64,000 nucleotides of DNA from Candidatus Latescibacterota bacterium. Its GTDB lineage: Bacteria > Latescibacterota > UBA2968 > GCA-2709665. This document shows positions 10,074-19,573 of the stretch, in pieces. A program made the position numbers and the translations under genes. The stretch lies in NCBI GenBank assembly GCA_965205485.1, contig OZ242180.1, forward strand, positions 2,944,001 through 3,008,000. The letters run 5' to 3'. Position 1 is the first letter of the stretch; every line of letters begins with the position of its first letter. The notes under the pieces are model-generated. The model ran no database searches. It was not told where the DNA came from and saw nothing but the letters and a program-made list of their open reading frames with translations.

Positions 10074-10904
10074 CTATCGCGCGGTCGCGAACGTCGGCAC
10101 TCTGCCCGATGCGTCAGTCCCGCGCGGGTCCCATGAACTGTCGCCGGGGGACGGAACCCGAAAGCCACGCGCTCTGAATTGCCCGAGAGCCGGCGCCGAC
10201 TTCAGAAAGTCCACAAATCGCCGCGTATTCGCGCTATCCCGCCCCTTCACGATCGCAACGGGATAGACGATCGCGTCATGCGTGTCGGCCGGAAACACGG
10301 CCAGCACGTCCACCCCGTCGCTGGAAGCCGCGTCGGTCGCGTACACGATGCCCGCGGCGCATGCGCCCTGCTCCACGAACGCGAGCGCCGCACGCACGTC
10401 CTGACCGACGGCCAGACGGCCCTTCAGATTCCCCCACCATCCCAGCCGGACGAACGCCTGCTTTGCGTAAATTCCGGCCGGAACGAGTTCCGGGTCCGCT
10501 ACCGCAAGCGGTCCCTCGAACGCCGCGGCAAAGTCAAAACCCTTCTCCCATTCGATAGGGAACCCCTCTCCGCCGGGTACCACAACCACCAGCGAGTTGC
10601 CAAGCAAGTCGGTCCGGGTATCCGGTCGAATCAGCCCTCGGGTGTCCAGGTAGTCCATCCACGCCGGATTCGCGGAGATGTAGACTCCGGCAGGCGCACC
10701 CCGTTCGATCTGTCTTGCCAACGTGGAAGACGCGGCGAATGAATAGCGGATTTCCAAACCGGTTTCCCTTTCGAATATCCCTTCAATCCGCTTCATTGAA
10801 CCGATCAGACTGGCCGCGGCGTACACCCGGACGGGTTCACCCAGAAGCCGGGTATTCGTCGAACCCAATATGAACAGACACAACGTCAACCGGAATACAG
10901 TCAT
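10074..10904 (-). CDS. modA: Molybdate ABC transporter substrate-binding protein
   Basis: YAAASL, FAASSTLARQI..GAPA.VYISAN, VPAGIYAKQA, GIVYATDA; signal peptide from MTVFR. Confidence 0.92.
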   Translation of the reverse strand: MTVFRLTLCLFILGSTNTRLLGEPVRVYAAASLIGSMKRIEGIFERETGLEIRYSFAASSTLARQIERGAPAGVYISANPAWMDYLDTRGLIRPDTRTDLLGNSLVVVVPGGEGFPIEWEKGFDFAAAFEGPLAVADPELVPAGIYAKQAFVRLGWWGNLKGRLAVGQDVRAALAFVEQGACAAGIVYATDAASSDGVDVLAVFPADTHDAIVYPVAIVKGRDSANTRRFVDFLKSAPALGQFRARGFRVPSPGDSSWDPRGTDASGRVPTFATAR

Positions 10905-10914
10905 TTCGATCTCA

Positions 10915-11103
10915 GAAGTTGTTTTAAAATTACCGGCGAGTTCCCGAGCGCGAGCGAAAAAGTGGCGGTCAAGGCGGGAAAATCCGCCCATATACTAATG
11001 TATCGTGGCTGCGCGCCCCTCGCCACTCTTGGGTGGATTTGACCAACGCCGACCGGCGCTTTTGCAGCCGCGCGAAGACCGCTGGGAATTTTAAGACAGC
11101 TTC
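10915..11103. mobile_element. MITE-like repeat family A, copy 1
   Basis: Terminal inverted repeats GAAGTTGTTTTAAAATT / AATTTTAAGACAGCTTC; flanked by TCA...TCA; three more copies in window. Confidence 0.85.
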
Positions 11104-11261
11104 TCAAGTGAGGGACGAATCCCGAATGGGTCAATCACGTCTTATTTAACAAAAAACACCATATGTTCAAACCGTTTTTTCAATCCCGACGGGCTCCGGG
11201 CCGGTCGCCCTCCGTCGGTCCGGCCTCTTTGCCCGGAGATCCGAGGCACAGCCAGACCCGC

Positions 11262-11290
11262 TTGATAGCACACCGGAATTCTTGTATACT
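11262..11290 (+). promoter_or_regulatory. Sigma70-type promoter
   Basis: TTGATA-17 nt-TATACT upstream of TrpD-like gene. Confidence 0.6.
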
Positions 11291-11326
11291 ATCGCCGGTT
11301 TAAATTCACCGAAGGATATGAATGCA

Positions 11327-12853
11327 ATGACGAATGAACGCTACACGGGCCCAAACCTCGAGGTGCTGGAAGCCCAATCCCGTGTCTGCACCGGACCTCA
11401 TCAATCCCGGCCGTTGGGGGTGAAACCCGCCGACCCCCGGCCCGGCCGCATTCTGGAATTGATCCTGCGTTCCGTCAGGGAGGAATTACCTGAGACGATG
11501 CGTGCATCGCCTGTCCAGATGGGCGCTTTCTTCGTCGCCATGGCGCTGCGGCGCGGCTTTCCTGCCCGGACCCGGTGGAGTTGCGCCGAAACAGAAGCGT
11601 TTGAACGGAATCGTGAGGCCCTTCGCCAATGCCTGCCGAAGGAGATGCTCTTTCTGCTGGACCCGTCCTCGAAGCTGAGAGCGCAGGACGATCAGGAAGG
11701 TGTTCTCATTTCCGCGCTCGGCAAGATCCTCGCCGGTGATCACCTGAGCTATGGCGAGACTCGCCGGATGTGTGGCGTCATCCTTGGCGGGCATGGGCGA
11801 GCGGCGCTCTATGGCGCGGCCCTCATCGGCCAGCGGATGAATCGCGAGACCTACGACGAGGCGCGCGGATACCTGGACGCCGCGTTTGACCCGTCCGGCG
11901 TTGTGGCACTGAACGTCGGCTCGCTCACCCATTTCGGGGAACCCTACGACGGATCGAAGAGATACTTCCGGCCGACCCTTTTCGTCGCGGCGGCCAGGGC
12001 GGCGCTCGGACGCCCGACGGTACTGCACGGGGTGGATGGGATGCCGCCGAAATGGGGAGTCACGGACGAACAGATCCTGAAAGCGCTGGGGGCGAACGTC
12101 GATCTCTCTCTTGACCAGGCCGGAGGTCTGATCGAGAACCCCGAGGTCGGTTTTGCCTACGTCAGCCAGCGCATCTTCTCGCCCGCGGCCTACGCTTCCA
12201 GGGAACTTCGTACACACATCGGAAAGCGGCCTCCCTGGGCGGCAACGGAGAAGGCCCAGCAACTTTTCGCCTGCCCGGGTGAAAACCACATGGTTGTGGG
12301 CTATTACCATCCGGGGTACGAAGATATGTTTCTTCAACTGGCAGTGGACCGGGGGTTCAACTCATGCCTTGTCGTCAAGGGAATGGAAGGCGGCAGTTCC
12401 CTGGGGCTGCGGCTGGGCAAACCCTCCGACGGCGAAAGGAAAGCCATCAACAACGTAACGGGATTCCGGACTGTCGACGGGCGGTTTGAAACATACGATC
12501 GCGATGTCGACCCCGTCGACGCCGGATTCGGGTACGAACTTCAGCCTCGACCCGAATCCGTATGTGCAGACGCGTTTGCAAAAGCGGGCTTTGCCGCCCT
12601 TTCAGGCAAAAAAGGCTGGATCTACGACCAGATCGTACTCAATGCCGCAGCAAAAGACAATCTGCTGGGATTTGATGCCGACCCGTCAACGGCCATCGAA
12701 CGCGCCAGGTACGCCATCGAGAGCGGCAGCGCCTTAACGCATCTGAAGGCATACGTCGACGCGTCGAACGGAATCGCTGGTCGGGCGTCTCGCAGTCTGT
12801 ACGGTGCCGTAAGGCCGCAGCCACACGTCATTTCAAGGGACCACCCTGTTTAG
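11327..12853 (+). CDS. Anthranilate phosphoribosyltransferase-like protein (glycosyltransferase family 3, TrpD2/YbiB-like)
   Basis: PYDG..R, LHG....PPK.G, LR.HIGKRPP.AT.E, VVKG.EG; no canonical TrpD GTGGDG. Confidence 0.7.
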   Translation: MTNERYTGPNLEVLEAQSRVCTGPHQSRPLGVKPADPRPGRILELILRSVREELPETMRASPVQMGAFFVAMALRRGFPARTRWSCAETEAFERNREALRQCLPKEMLFLLDPSSKLRAQDDQEGVLISALGKILAGDHLSYGETRRMCGVILGGHGRAALYGAALIGQRMNRETYDEARGYLDAAFDPSGVVALNVGSLTHFGEPYDGSKRYFRPTLFVAAARAALGRPTVLHGVDGMPPKWGVTDEQILKALGANVDLSLDQAGGLIENPEVGFAYVSQRIFSPAAYASRELRTHIGKRPPWAATEKAQQLFACPGENHMVVGYYHPGYEDMFLQLAVDRGFNSCLVVKGMEGGSSLGLRLGKPSDGERKAINNVTGFRTVDGRFETYDRDVDPVDAGFGYELQPRPESVCADAFAKAGFAALSGKKGWIYDQIVLNAAAKDNLLGFDADPSTAIERARYAIESGSALTHLKAYVDASNGIAGRASRSLYGAVRPQPHVISRDHPV

Positions 12854-12914
12854 CAGCCCGTTGAAAAAGTCCATCCGGCCTCGCCTGCAGAGCGACTTTA
12901 TCAACGGACTGTTA
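12851..12914. mobile_element. MITE-like repeat family B, minimal 64-bp copy
   Basis: TA-GCAGCCCGTTGAAAAAGTC ... GACTTTATCAACGGACTGT-TA; starts at TAG stop of upstream gene. Confidence 0.85.
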
Positions 12915-12958
12915 GCGACGAGCGAACGGGATCGGTTCACATCGAAGGGAACGAATCA

Positions 12959-14494
12959 ATGGATACGGATGTCATCGTCGTCGGCGCCGGCCACAACGGC
13001 CTGACTGCCGCCGCTTACCTGGCAAGAGCCGGGCTCGACGTCAGCGTGTTCGAGCGCCGGTCCTTTGTCGGCGGCGCGTCAATCACCGAAGAACTCTGGC
13101 CGGGGTTTCGCTTTTCAACCTGTGCCCACATGATCCACGGCCTGCCCCCCAGGATAATACGGGACCTCGATCTCTACGAACGCGGAATGAAAATGCTGCC
13201 CCGCGAGGGGTACATCCGCCTTCGTCCCGACGGCACGTATCATGGACCATCGGATCACGACTCGCCCAGGAATCGAACCCACCGGAGCCGCCTCACCAGC
13301 AGCGAACGCGCGGACTCTCGCCGGTACGGTGAATTCAAGCGGACGCTCTCGGACATCGTGACCCCCTTCAGGTTCCAGGCCCCCCCACCGTTTGAAGAGG
13401 TACGTTCCTCGATTGCCGGCACGCCGTCGGCCCACGTGCTCGACAGGGCCATTTCCACCCGGATCCGGGAACTTCAGGACGAATTCCTGTCCACCGACCA
13501 CCTGAAGGATCTCCACGCAACGGAAGGCGCCGCCGTCGGCCGAAATCCCCTGGGACTTCACTTTGCGTACAGTTCCATCAACCGCCCGGACGCCGAAACC
13601 GGCGAGGCCCATCCCTACGGCTACGTCAAGGGCGGAATGGGCGCGGTCAGCGATGCCATTGCCGACGCGGCGCGAGAAGCCGGCGCGGCCATCCATCTCG
13701 ACGCGGGCGTAGACGGATTCCTCGTGGAAGAAAACGCCGTGATCGGTGTGCGCCTGGAAGACGGACGGGAAGTCCGCAGCCGAATCACCGTCTCCAACCT
13801 TGACCCGAAGCGCACTTTCCTCAGGCTCATGCCTGCCGAATCGGTTAACGGCAGGCTGCGCAAGCGCCTCGAGGGTCTGATCACCCACGTGAGCTGCTAC
13901 AAGCTGCTCGCCGTTATCAGCGAATCGCCGCAATGGAAGTTCTGGGACGGAGATCCTGAACAGCCCTACCGGGGCGCCATCACCCTGAATGCATCCAGGC
14001 CGGAGGTCGATGCGGCATACGATGAACTGGAAGCAGGCCTGCCGGTTCGGAAACCCGTCATCAGTTTTTCAATGCCCTCATTCGCGGATCCCACCCTCAC
14101 CCGGCCCGGCTATCACACCGCCTCCGTGTGGATTTACCCGGCGCCCGCGAGACTCCGGCAGGGCGCGTGGGACGACGTCCGGGACGAGATCGCCGAAGGC
14201 ATCATCGACCAGATCACCCAATTCGCTCCCAACTTCAGGTCCTCCATTCGAAACCATATCTTCCGGACGCCGCACGACATCGAGCGTGAGAACGGCCTGA
14301 CGGACGGCTGTATCTGGCACGTGCAACACGCCGGCGAACATCTTTTCTGGAACCGGCCCCTTCCGGAGCTCTCGCAATATCGGGCACCGCACCGGGGCCT
14401 GTACCTTTGCGGCGCGGGGCAGCATCCGGGCGGTGAAGTCAGCGGCATTCCGGGCCACAATGCCGCGCAGGAAATTCTCAGGGATCTTGCCTGA
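12959..14494 (+). CDS. Phytoene dehydrogenase-like FAD oxidoreductase
   Basis: VVGAGHNGL.AAAYLA, GGMG, GLYLCGAG.HPGG.VSG.PG.NAA. Confidence 0.9.
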   Translation: MDTDVIVVGAGHNGLTAAAYLARAGLDVSVFERRSFVGGASITEELWPGFRFSTCAHMIHGLPPRIIRDLDLYERGMKMLPREGYIRLRPDGTYHGPSDHDSPRNRTHRSRLTSSERADSRRYGEFKRTLSDIVTPFRFQAPPPFEEVRSSIAGTPSAHVLDRAISTRIRELQDEFLSTDHLKDLHATEGAAVGRNPLGLHFAYSSINRPDAETGEAHPYGYVKGGMGAVSDAIADAAREAGAAIHLDAGVDGFLVEENAVIGVRLEDGREVRSRITVSNLDPKRTFLRLMPAESVNGRLRKRLEGLITHVSCYKLLAVISESPQWKFWDGDPEQPYRGAITLNASRPEVDAAYDELEAGLPVRKPVISFSMPSFADPTLTRPGYHTASVWIYPAPARLRQGAWDDVRDEIAEGIIDQITQFAPNFRSSIRNHIFRTPHDIERENGLTDGCIWHVQHAGEHLFWNRPLPELSQYRAPHRGLYLCGAGQHPGGEVSGIPGHNAAQEILRDLA

Positions 14495-14630
14495 TGCTCG
14501 AATCGGCCGGTCCGAAGCGTCATCCGATGGCCGCCTTCTCTCCGGCCGGGAGAGGGTCGTCGTGTGTTTTGCCGCCGCTTGAGCGCTATCCGGCGTGACA
14601 TCCTCGAGTCCCCGTCTTTCAAGGTGCCCC

Positions 14631-17594
14631 ATGCCCGGCGAACATTTCATCGCCTCCGAAGAGATCGCCAACGCGCGCCGCAACATTGAACGAATGTCCT
14701 GGGCTGCCGCCGAGCGGGATGCTGCCGTCGATTGTGCCCGACGATGGCTTGATCTTGACGATGACACCCTGTGGTCGCTGGTGACCGGGCAAACCATCGG
14801 GCGCAGCACCAACGCAAGCGTCGTCAAGGGATGTCCGCAATGCGGCGACGGCATCAATCTTTATGGAGGCGCCTTCAGAGTCGACGTCTTCCGCGACCCC
14901 TGGAAAATTACGTGCCCCAACTGCGGCGGCCGGTTCCCCGGCAACGACTATGCCGCTTTCTACACGAGCGGCATCGGTCTCGACGGACTCTTTCGCCCCG
15001 AAAATGCCGACCGAAGCCTGCTCTTTAATACGCAACATCCGGACAGGAACGACCCCCTTTTCACCTGGTGCGTGGACGACGGTACGGGCTGGACCGACGA
15101 TACCGGAGAATCATTCAAACTCATTGGCGTCTATGGACACTATGGTATCTGGAACGAAATACGGACCGCCTGCCAGGGGTTGAAGCGGGCATTCCTGCTC
15201 TCGGGCAACCCCGCGTACGCGCACAAGGCCGGAATTCTCCTGGCCAGAATCGCCGACGTCTATCCCGATATGCACTGGTCCTACTGGGCAGGACTCGGAT
15301 TCTTCAACTCGGACGGATTGAGCGGCCGGGGTCGTATCTACGGCCGAATCTGGGAGCCGGGCATGCTCATCGCCTTTTCGGAATGTTACGATGCCGTCCG
15401 AACCGCGTGGCGGGATGATGACCCGCTCTTCACGTTTCTCTCACGCAAACAGATCGTCCATGGTTTGTGTTCTCAGAACAACGTGGACGAACTGTGCCGC
15501 CATATTGAAAGTCGTATCATACGCGAGGGCATCGCCGCCATCCTCGCGGGAGACGTCGCCCGAAACGAACCCGGCGACCAGGTTACGATGGCTGTCCTCT
15601 CCGTCGCCCTGGATGCGGACGATACCAACCACTGGCTGGACTGGGTCTTCAAGGCCGGCAAACTGCGCGGTCAAAAGCCGAGCGGCGGACACATCCCGAT
15701 ACTGTTCGCGGGAGAAATCGACCGGGACGGGATCGGTTCCGAAGCCGCGCCGTCCTACAGCCTGGGCTGGCTCCACAAATCCCAGGGCATGAACGATCTG
15801 GACCGTGTACTTGGATGCCGGCGCTCGTACACCCGTCACAACATCCGTCGATACCTGCGGTACAGGCAGATGTTCCTGGGACATATCCGCATGATCTGTC
15901 TGGGCAGTTACATCCCAAACATCGGCGACACGGGCCAGACCGGTAACCCCAACCTTTGCGGTCTCACCGTCGAACAATGTCTGGAAGGCCTGGAGCTGTT
16001 TGGCGATCCCATTTTCGCCAGGGCCGCGCACCACCTCGTTGGCGGAGACCTGACACGGATTCATGGCAGCATCTTCAGCGGGGATCCGGAAGCCATCCGG
16101 CGTCGGGTGGCAGAGGCCGTAGCGCGGCACGGGCCCTTCCGCCTCGATTCTGACGTGATGACGGGGTATGGGCTGGCACTTCTCAGAGACGGCGCGGAGG
16201 ACACTGAACGCACCCTGTGGCTCTATTACGGCCGCAACACCGGCCACGGGCATGCGGATCGATTGAATCTGGGCCTCTACGCCTTCGGATTGGACCTGCT
16301 GCCGGACCTGGGCTATCCCGAACACGCGCGCGTATGGCCGAAACGCTCAGGCTGGACCAGCCATACCGTCTCCCACAACACTGTCCTTGTCGATCGAAGC
16401 AAACAGAAAGGCGGCTACTCCGGAAGGGTTGGCTTCTGTGCAACCACCGGGGAAGCTCAGGTGGTCTCCGTTTCATCGACTGACGTCTACCCGCAGTGCT
16501 CGGTCTACCGCCGCACCAGCGCGATGGTGCGCATCTCCGATACGGACTTCTACGTGGCAGACCTTTTCCGGGTCTCCGGCGGTTCGTCACACCACTTCCT
16601 CTTCCACGCAGCCGAAGGGATCGTCAGGACCGGGGGCCTCGAGTTGACGCCGCAGGATAAAGGCACCTACGCGGGTGAAAACGTCAAGTTCGGAGAATTT
16701 TACGATGGCGAAGTACGTAACTACAGAGGCAGCGGCTTCCAGTACCTTTACGACGTAAAGCGTTGTGCAGCCGCGGCCGGGACGGTCTCCGTCGACTGGA
16801 CCATTACCGATACGTGGCAGGCGCTCCCCTCATCATCCGGGCCCGGCGCCGCGACCGACGTTCACCTGCGATGGAACCTGATAAATCCCCCTGGCGAGAT
16901 TGCCCTCTGTCACGGAGACCCACCTGGCAACAAACCCGGCAATCCCCGACGGCTTACCTATGGCATCGTCGCCCACGAGGGTGAACCGCCCCTCGAATCC
17001 GGCTATTTGAGCATCATCGAGGCATTCAGAAGAAAACGGAATCTTGTGCGAATTGAAGAGGTTGACCTCCCTGGCGGACCCGCTGTCCGTGCTCTGAGGG
17101 TCCGCCTTCCGGATGAATGTATCCACACAGTCATTTTCGGCGACGGGCACAGCTCCGTGAACATAGACGGCCGCATTTGCTTCAACGGCAGGTTCGGGAT
17201 CTTTGCAGAATCGAAAAAAGGCCCGCAATGGGCCACGCTCGTTGGCGGGACCGTCATCGGCACTGAGTCGCACGGCATCCGGATGTCGGAAGCTGCCTGG
17301 ACCGGCATCGTCTCCACCCGCGAGCCCGGGGTCATCCACACAACAGAACCACCACCCGACCGACCCCTCTCAGGCGCATATATCTCCATCCGAAACGAAA
17401 ATGAACGCGATGCCTGCTATCGGATCCGAAGCGTCGAGCGCGAAAACAACAGGACGCTCATCCGGGTCGGCGATGAAAATTTCATCCGCGGTATGGTGGA
17501 CGACCTGGATTATTCAAAAGGATTCCGCTACGACTTTGAACCGGGTGACGCGTTTGAGGTTGTCCACACCGGATTCAAACGCTGGGAAGATTGA
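14631..17594 (+). CDS. Heparinase II/III-like protein (putative polysaccharide lyase) with N-terminal CxxC pairs
   Basis: E..PSY, GHGHADRL.L.LYA, PDLGYP, W..HT.SHNTV.VD; CPQC...CPNC. Confidence 0.75.
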   Translation: MPGEHFIASEEIANARRNIERMSWAAAERDAAVDCARRWLDLDDDTLWSLVTGQTIGRSTNASVVKGCPQCGDGINLYGGAFRVDVFRDPWKITCPNCGGRFPGNDYAAFYTSGIGLDGLFRPENADRSLLFNTQHPDRNDPLFTWCVDDGTGWTDDTGESFKLIGVYGHYGIWNEIRTACQGLKRAFLLSGNPAYAHKAGILLARIADVYPDMHWSYWAGLGFFNSDGLSGRGRIYGRIWEPGMLIAFSECYDAVRTAWRDDDPLFTFLSRKQIVHGLCSQNNVDELCRHIESRIIREGIAAILAGDVARNEPGDQVTMAVLSVALDADDTNHWLDWVFKAGKLRGQKPSGGHIPILFAGEIDRDGIGSEAAPSYSLGWLHKSQGMNDLDRVLGCRRSYTRHNIRRYLRYRQMFLGHIRMICLGSYIPNIGDTGQTGNPNLCGLTVEQCLEGLELFGDPIFARAAHHLVGGDLTRIHGSIFSGDPEAIRRRVAEAVARHGPFRLDSDVMTGYGLALLRDGAEDTERTLWLYYGRNTGHGHADRLNLGLYAFGLDLLPDLGYPEHARVWPKRSGWTSHTVSHNTVLVDRSKQKGGYSGRVGFCATTGEAQVVSVSSTDVYPQCSVYRRTSAMVRISDTDFYVADLFRVSGGSSHHFLFHAAEGIVRTGGLELTPQDKGTYAGENVKFGEFYDGEVRNYRGSGFQYLYDVKRCAAAAGTVSVDWTITDTWQALPSSSGPGAATDVHLRWNLINPPGEIALCHGDPPGNKPGNPRRLTYGIVAHEGEPPLESGYLSIIEAFRRKRNLVRIEEVDLPGGPAVRALRVRLPDECIHTVIFGDGHSSVNIDGRICFNGRFGIFAESKKGPQWATLVGGTVIGTESHGIRMSEAAWTGIVSTREPGVIHTTEPPPDRPLSGAYISIRNENERDACYRIRSVERENNRTLIRVGDENFIRGMVDDLDYSKGFRYDFEPGDAFEVVHTGFKRWED

Positions 17595-17837
17595 ATCGGA
17601 ATTCAGAACCTGCAATTGGCGCCGGTTCACGCACTCAGCTTCCCGTAATTGCGCTGAAGCGGATGGGCGGTATTATCCACGCCCAGAAGGGCACATGTGC
17701 GGCGCCCGCGATGCCTGATGTTCTTTCTGATCTCTTCCAGCTGATACGAATGGCGGAAACAACGCGAGTTCTCGCGCAGACGTTGACGGCGGAATGGTCC
17801 GCAGCTTATCTCGAATACTTCTGAGCGTCAAACCATT

Positions 17838-18200
17838 ATGTCCAAAGCTCTTCTGATTGTCGATCACGGCTCAACCCTGGACGAAGCCAATCGTATGCTG
17901 GAAGCCGTTGCAGAAATCGTGAGGCGGAAACGTCCGGGGCTGATTGTGCACATCGCCCATATGGAACTCGCCCCGCCCACACTGGAAGAAGGGTTTGAAG
18001 CCTGCGTTCGCGACGGCGCAGTCGAAGTGATCGTCCACCCGTACATGCTCTCGCCCGGCCGCCACGCCACGCGCGACATTCCCGCCATGGTCGAACGGGC
18101 CGCGGTTCGTTTTCCGGGCGTCGCATTCCGGGTCACAGGACCCCTGGGCATCCACGACAAAATCGGAGAGGTCGTTATCGAACGCGCGGGCCTCGCATAA
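17838..18200 (+). CDS. CbiX/SirB N-terminal-domain protein (short chelatase)
   Basis: LIVDHGS, AHME.A.P, PGRH..RDIP, PLG.H. Confidence 0.85.
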   Translation: MSKALLIVDHGSTLDEANRMLEAVAEIVRRKRPGLIVHIAHMELAPPTLEEGFEACVRDGAVEVIVHPYMLSPGRHATRDIPAMVERAAVRFPGVAFRVTGPLGIHDKIGEVVIERAGLA

Positions 18201-18273
18201 CTCTCCCCTCACGTTACTTCTTTTCTACGGATCCCGCTCAACTTCACCGCACCGCCGGCAACCGGGAACACAG

Positions 18274-19470
18274 ATGCGATTGACGCAACGTCCACTTCTC
18301 CGGGTCTGTCTGATTACCTATGCGCACACCACCGTAGATTTCTATATGACCCTGTTTCCGCCGCTGCTGGCCCTCTTCAAGGAAATCTACGGGCTGACGC
18401 TGGTGGAAGCTTCCCTCCTGCCGATGGTGGTTTCACTTTTCGGCAACATCCCGCAACCATTCATGGGCTACATCGGCGACCGGACCAATCGCGTGCGGCT
18501 CGCCGCGCTCGGCGTCCTTGCGTGCGGCCTCTGCGTTTCCGCAATCGGTACGTTACCCACGGTGGCGGTGCTGGCCGGCTTTCTGATTCTGGCCTCTCTG
18601 GGCTCCTCTCTGTTTCATCCCACGGCCGGCGGTCTGGTGACGACTTCAATGCCCGGACGATCCAACTTTGCAATGGCCGTATTCCTCACCGGTGGACCTC
18701 TGGGCATGGCCATCGCACCTGTAACCGGGACGCAGGTGGTTTCTCGATTCGGTCTGGATTCCCTGTGGATCGTCATCTTTCCATGCCTTGTTGCCGCGGC
18801 GGTACTCTTCCGCATGTCCCTTGGCCCGGCCCGTTCGGAAGTCACAACGCGACCCGTCCGCATCAACTTTGCGTTCCTGCGGACGGCGGCCATGCGTCCC
18901 CTCTGGATCCTGTATGCGATCGCGGTGTTCCGATCCCTGGTACACGCGGCCTGCGTGAGCTTCATCTCCATACTCGGCCATGAAAGGTTGTGGGAGATCT
19001 CCAAAATCGGTTGGGTCTTGTCCGCCTATCTGATCGCAGCCACGCTGGGACGTCTGGCCGGCGGGTATCTCGGCGACCGCGTGGCGCCTCGCAGGCTTCT
19101 GGGCTGGTCCTGTGCATTCTCGACCGTTTTCTACGTTGTCTTCTGCTTCACCTCCGGATCCGTCTCGCTGGCGTGTTTTCTTACGGCCGGGTTCATCTTC
19201 GACCTGGGCGCCACGACCAATATCGTACTTGCGCAGCGCATCCTGCCGCAGCACGCCAGCACGGCCACGGGACTGGTAATGGGTTTTGCATGGGGCATCT
19301 CGGGCCTTATGCTTCCGGTCATCGGTCTCCTTGCAGATGTCGCATCCATGGGGTTTGCTCTGGCTTGCGTGTCCCTCATTCTGCTGCCGTCCGCCGCGCT
19401 GGTGGCTGCACTGCCCGGAACCTCGGACCGGGGAGGCTCCGGAGCTCTATCAGATCGTCAATCGACATAA
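18274..19470 (+). CDS. MFS transporter (Fsr-like)
   Basis: About 12 hydrophobic segments, QP..G...DR, FHP motif, GGYLGDR. Confidence 0.88.
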   Translation: MRLTQRPLLRVCLITYAHTTVDFYMTLFPPLLALFKEIYGLTLVEASLLPMVVSLFGNIPQPFMGYIGDRTNRVRLAALGVLACGLCVSAIGTLPTVAVLAGFLILASLGSSLFHPTAGGLVTTSMPGRSNFAMAVFLTGGPLGMAIAPVTGTQVVSRFGLDSLWIVIFPCLVAAAVLFRMSLGPARSEVTTRPVRINFAFLRTAAMRPLWILYAIAVFRSLVHAACVSFISILGHERLWEISKIGWVLSAYLIAATLGRLAGGYLGDRVAPRRLLGWSCAFSTVFYVVFCFTSGSVSLACFLTAGFIFDLGATTNIVLAQRILPQHASTATGLVMGFAWGISGLMLPVIGLLADVASMGFALACVSLILLPSAALVAALPGTSDRGGSGALSDRQST

Positions 19471-19573
19471 ACGGAACCTCCGGTCGGATATCCCGTACAT
19501 AACGAATGGGCCATCGAAAGCAGACGGATCGGATCTGCAGAGTGACGAAGCGTCATTTTCCTGGAGAGGGACC

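Noticed and set aside
19286..19573. 96-aa N-terminal extension of the S8 protease
   Set aside because: Overlaps the MFS gene; RBS, TTG and signal peptide point to 19574
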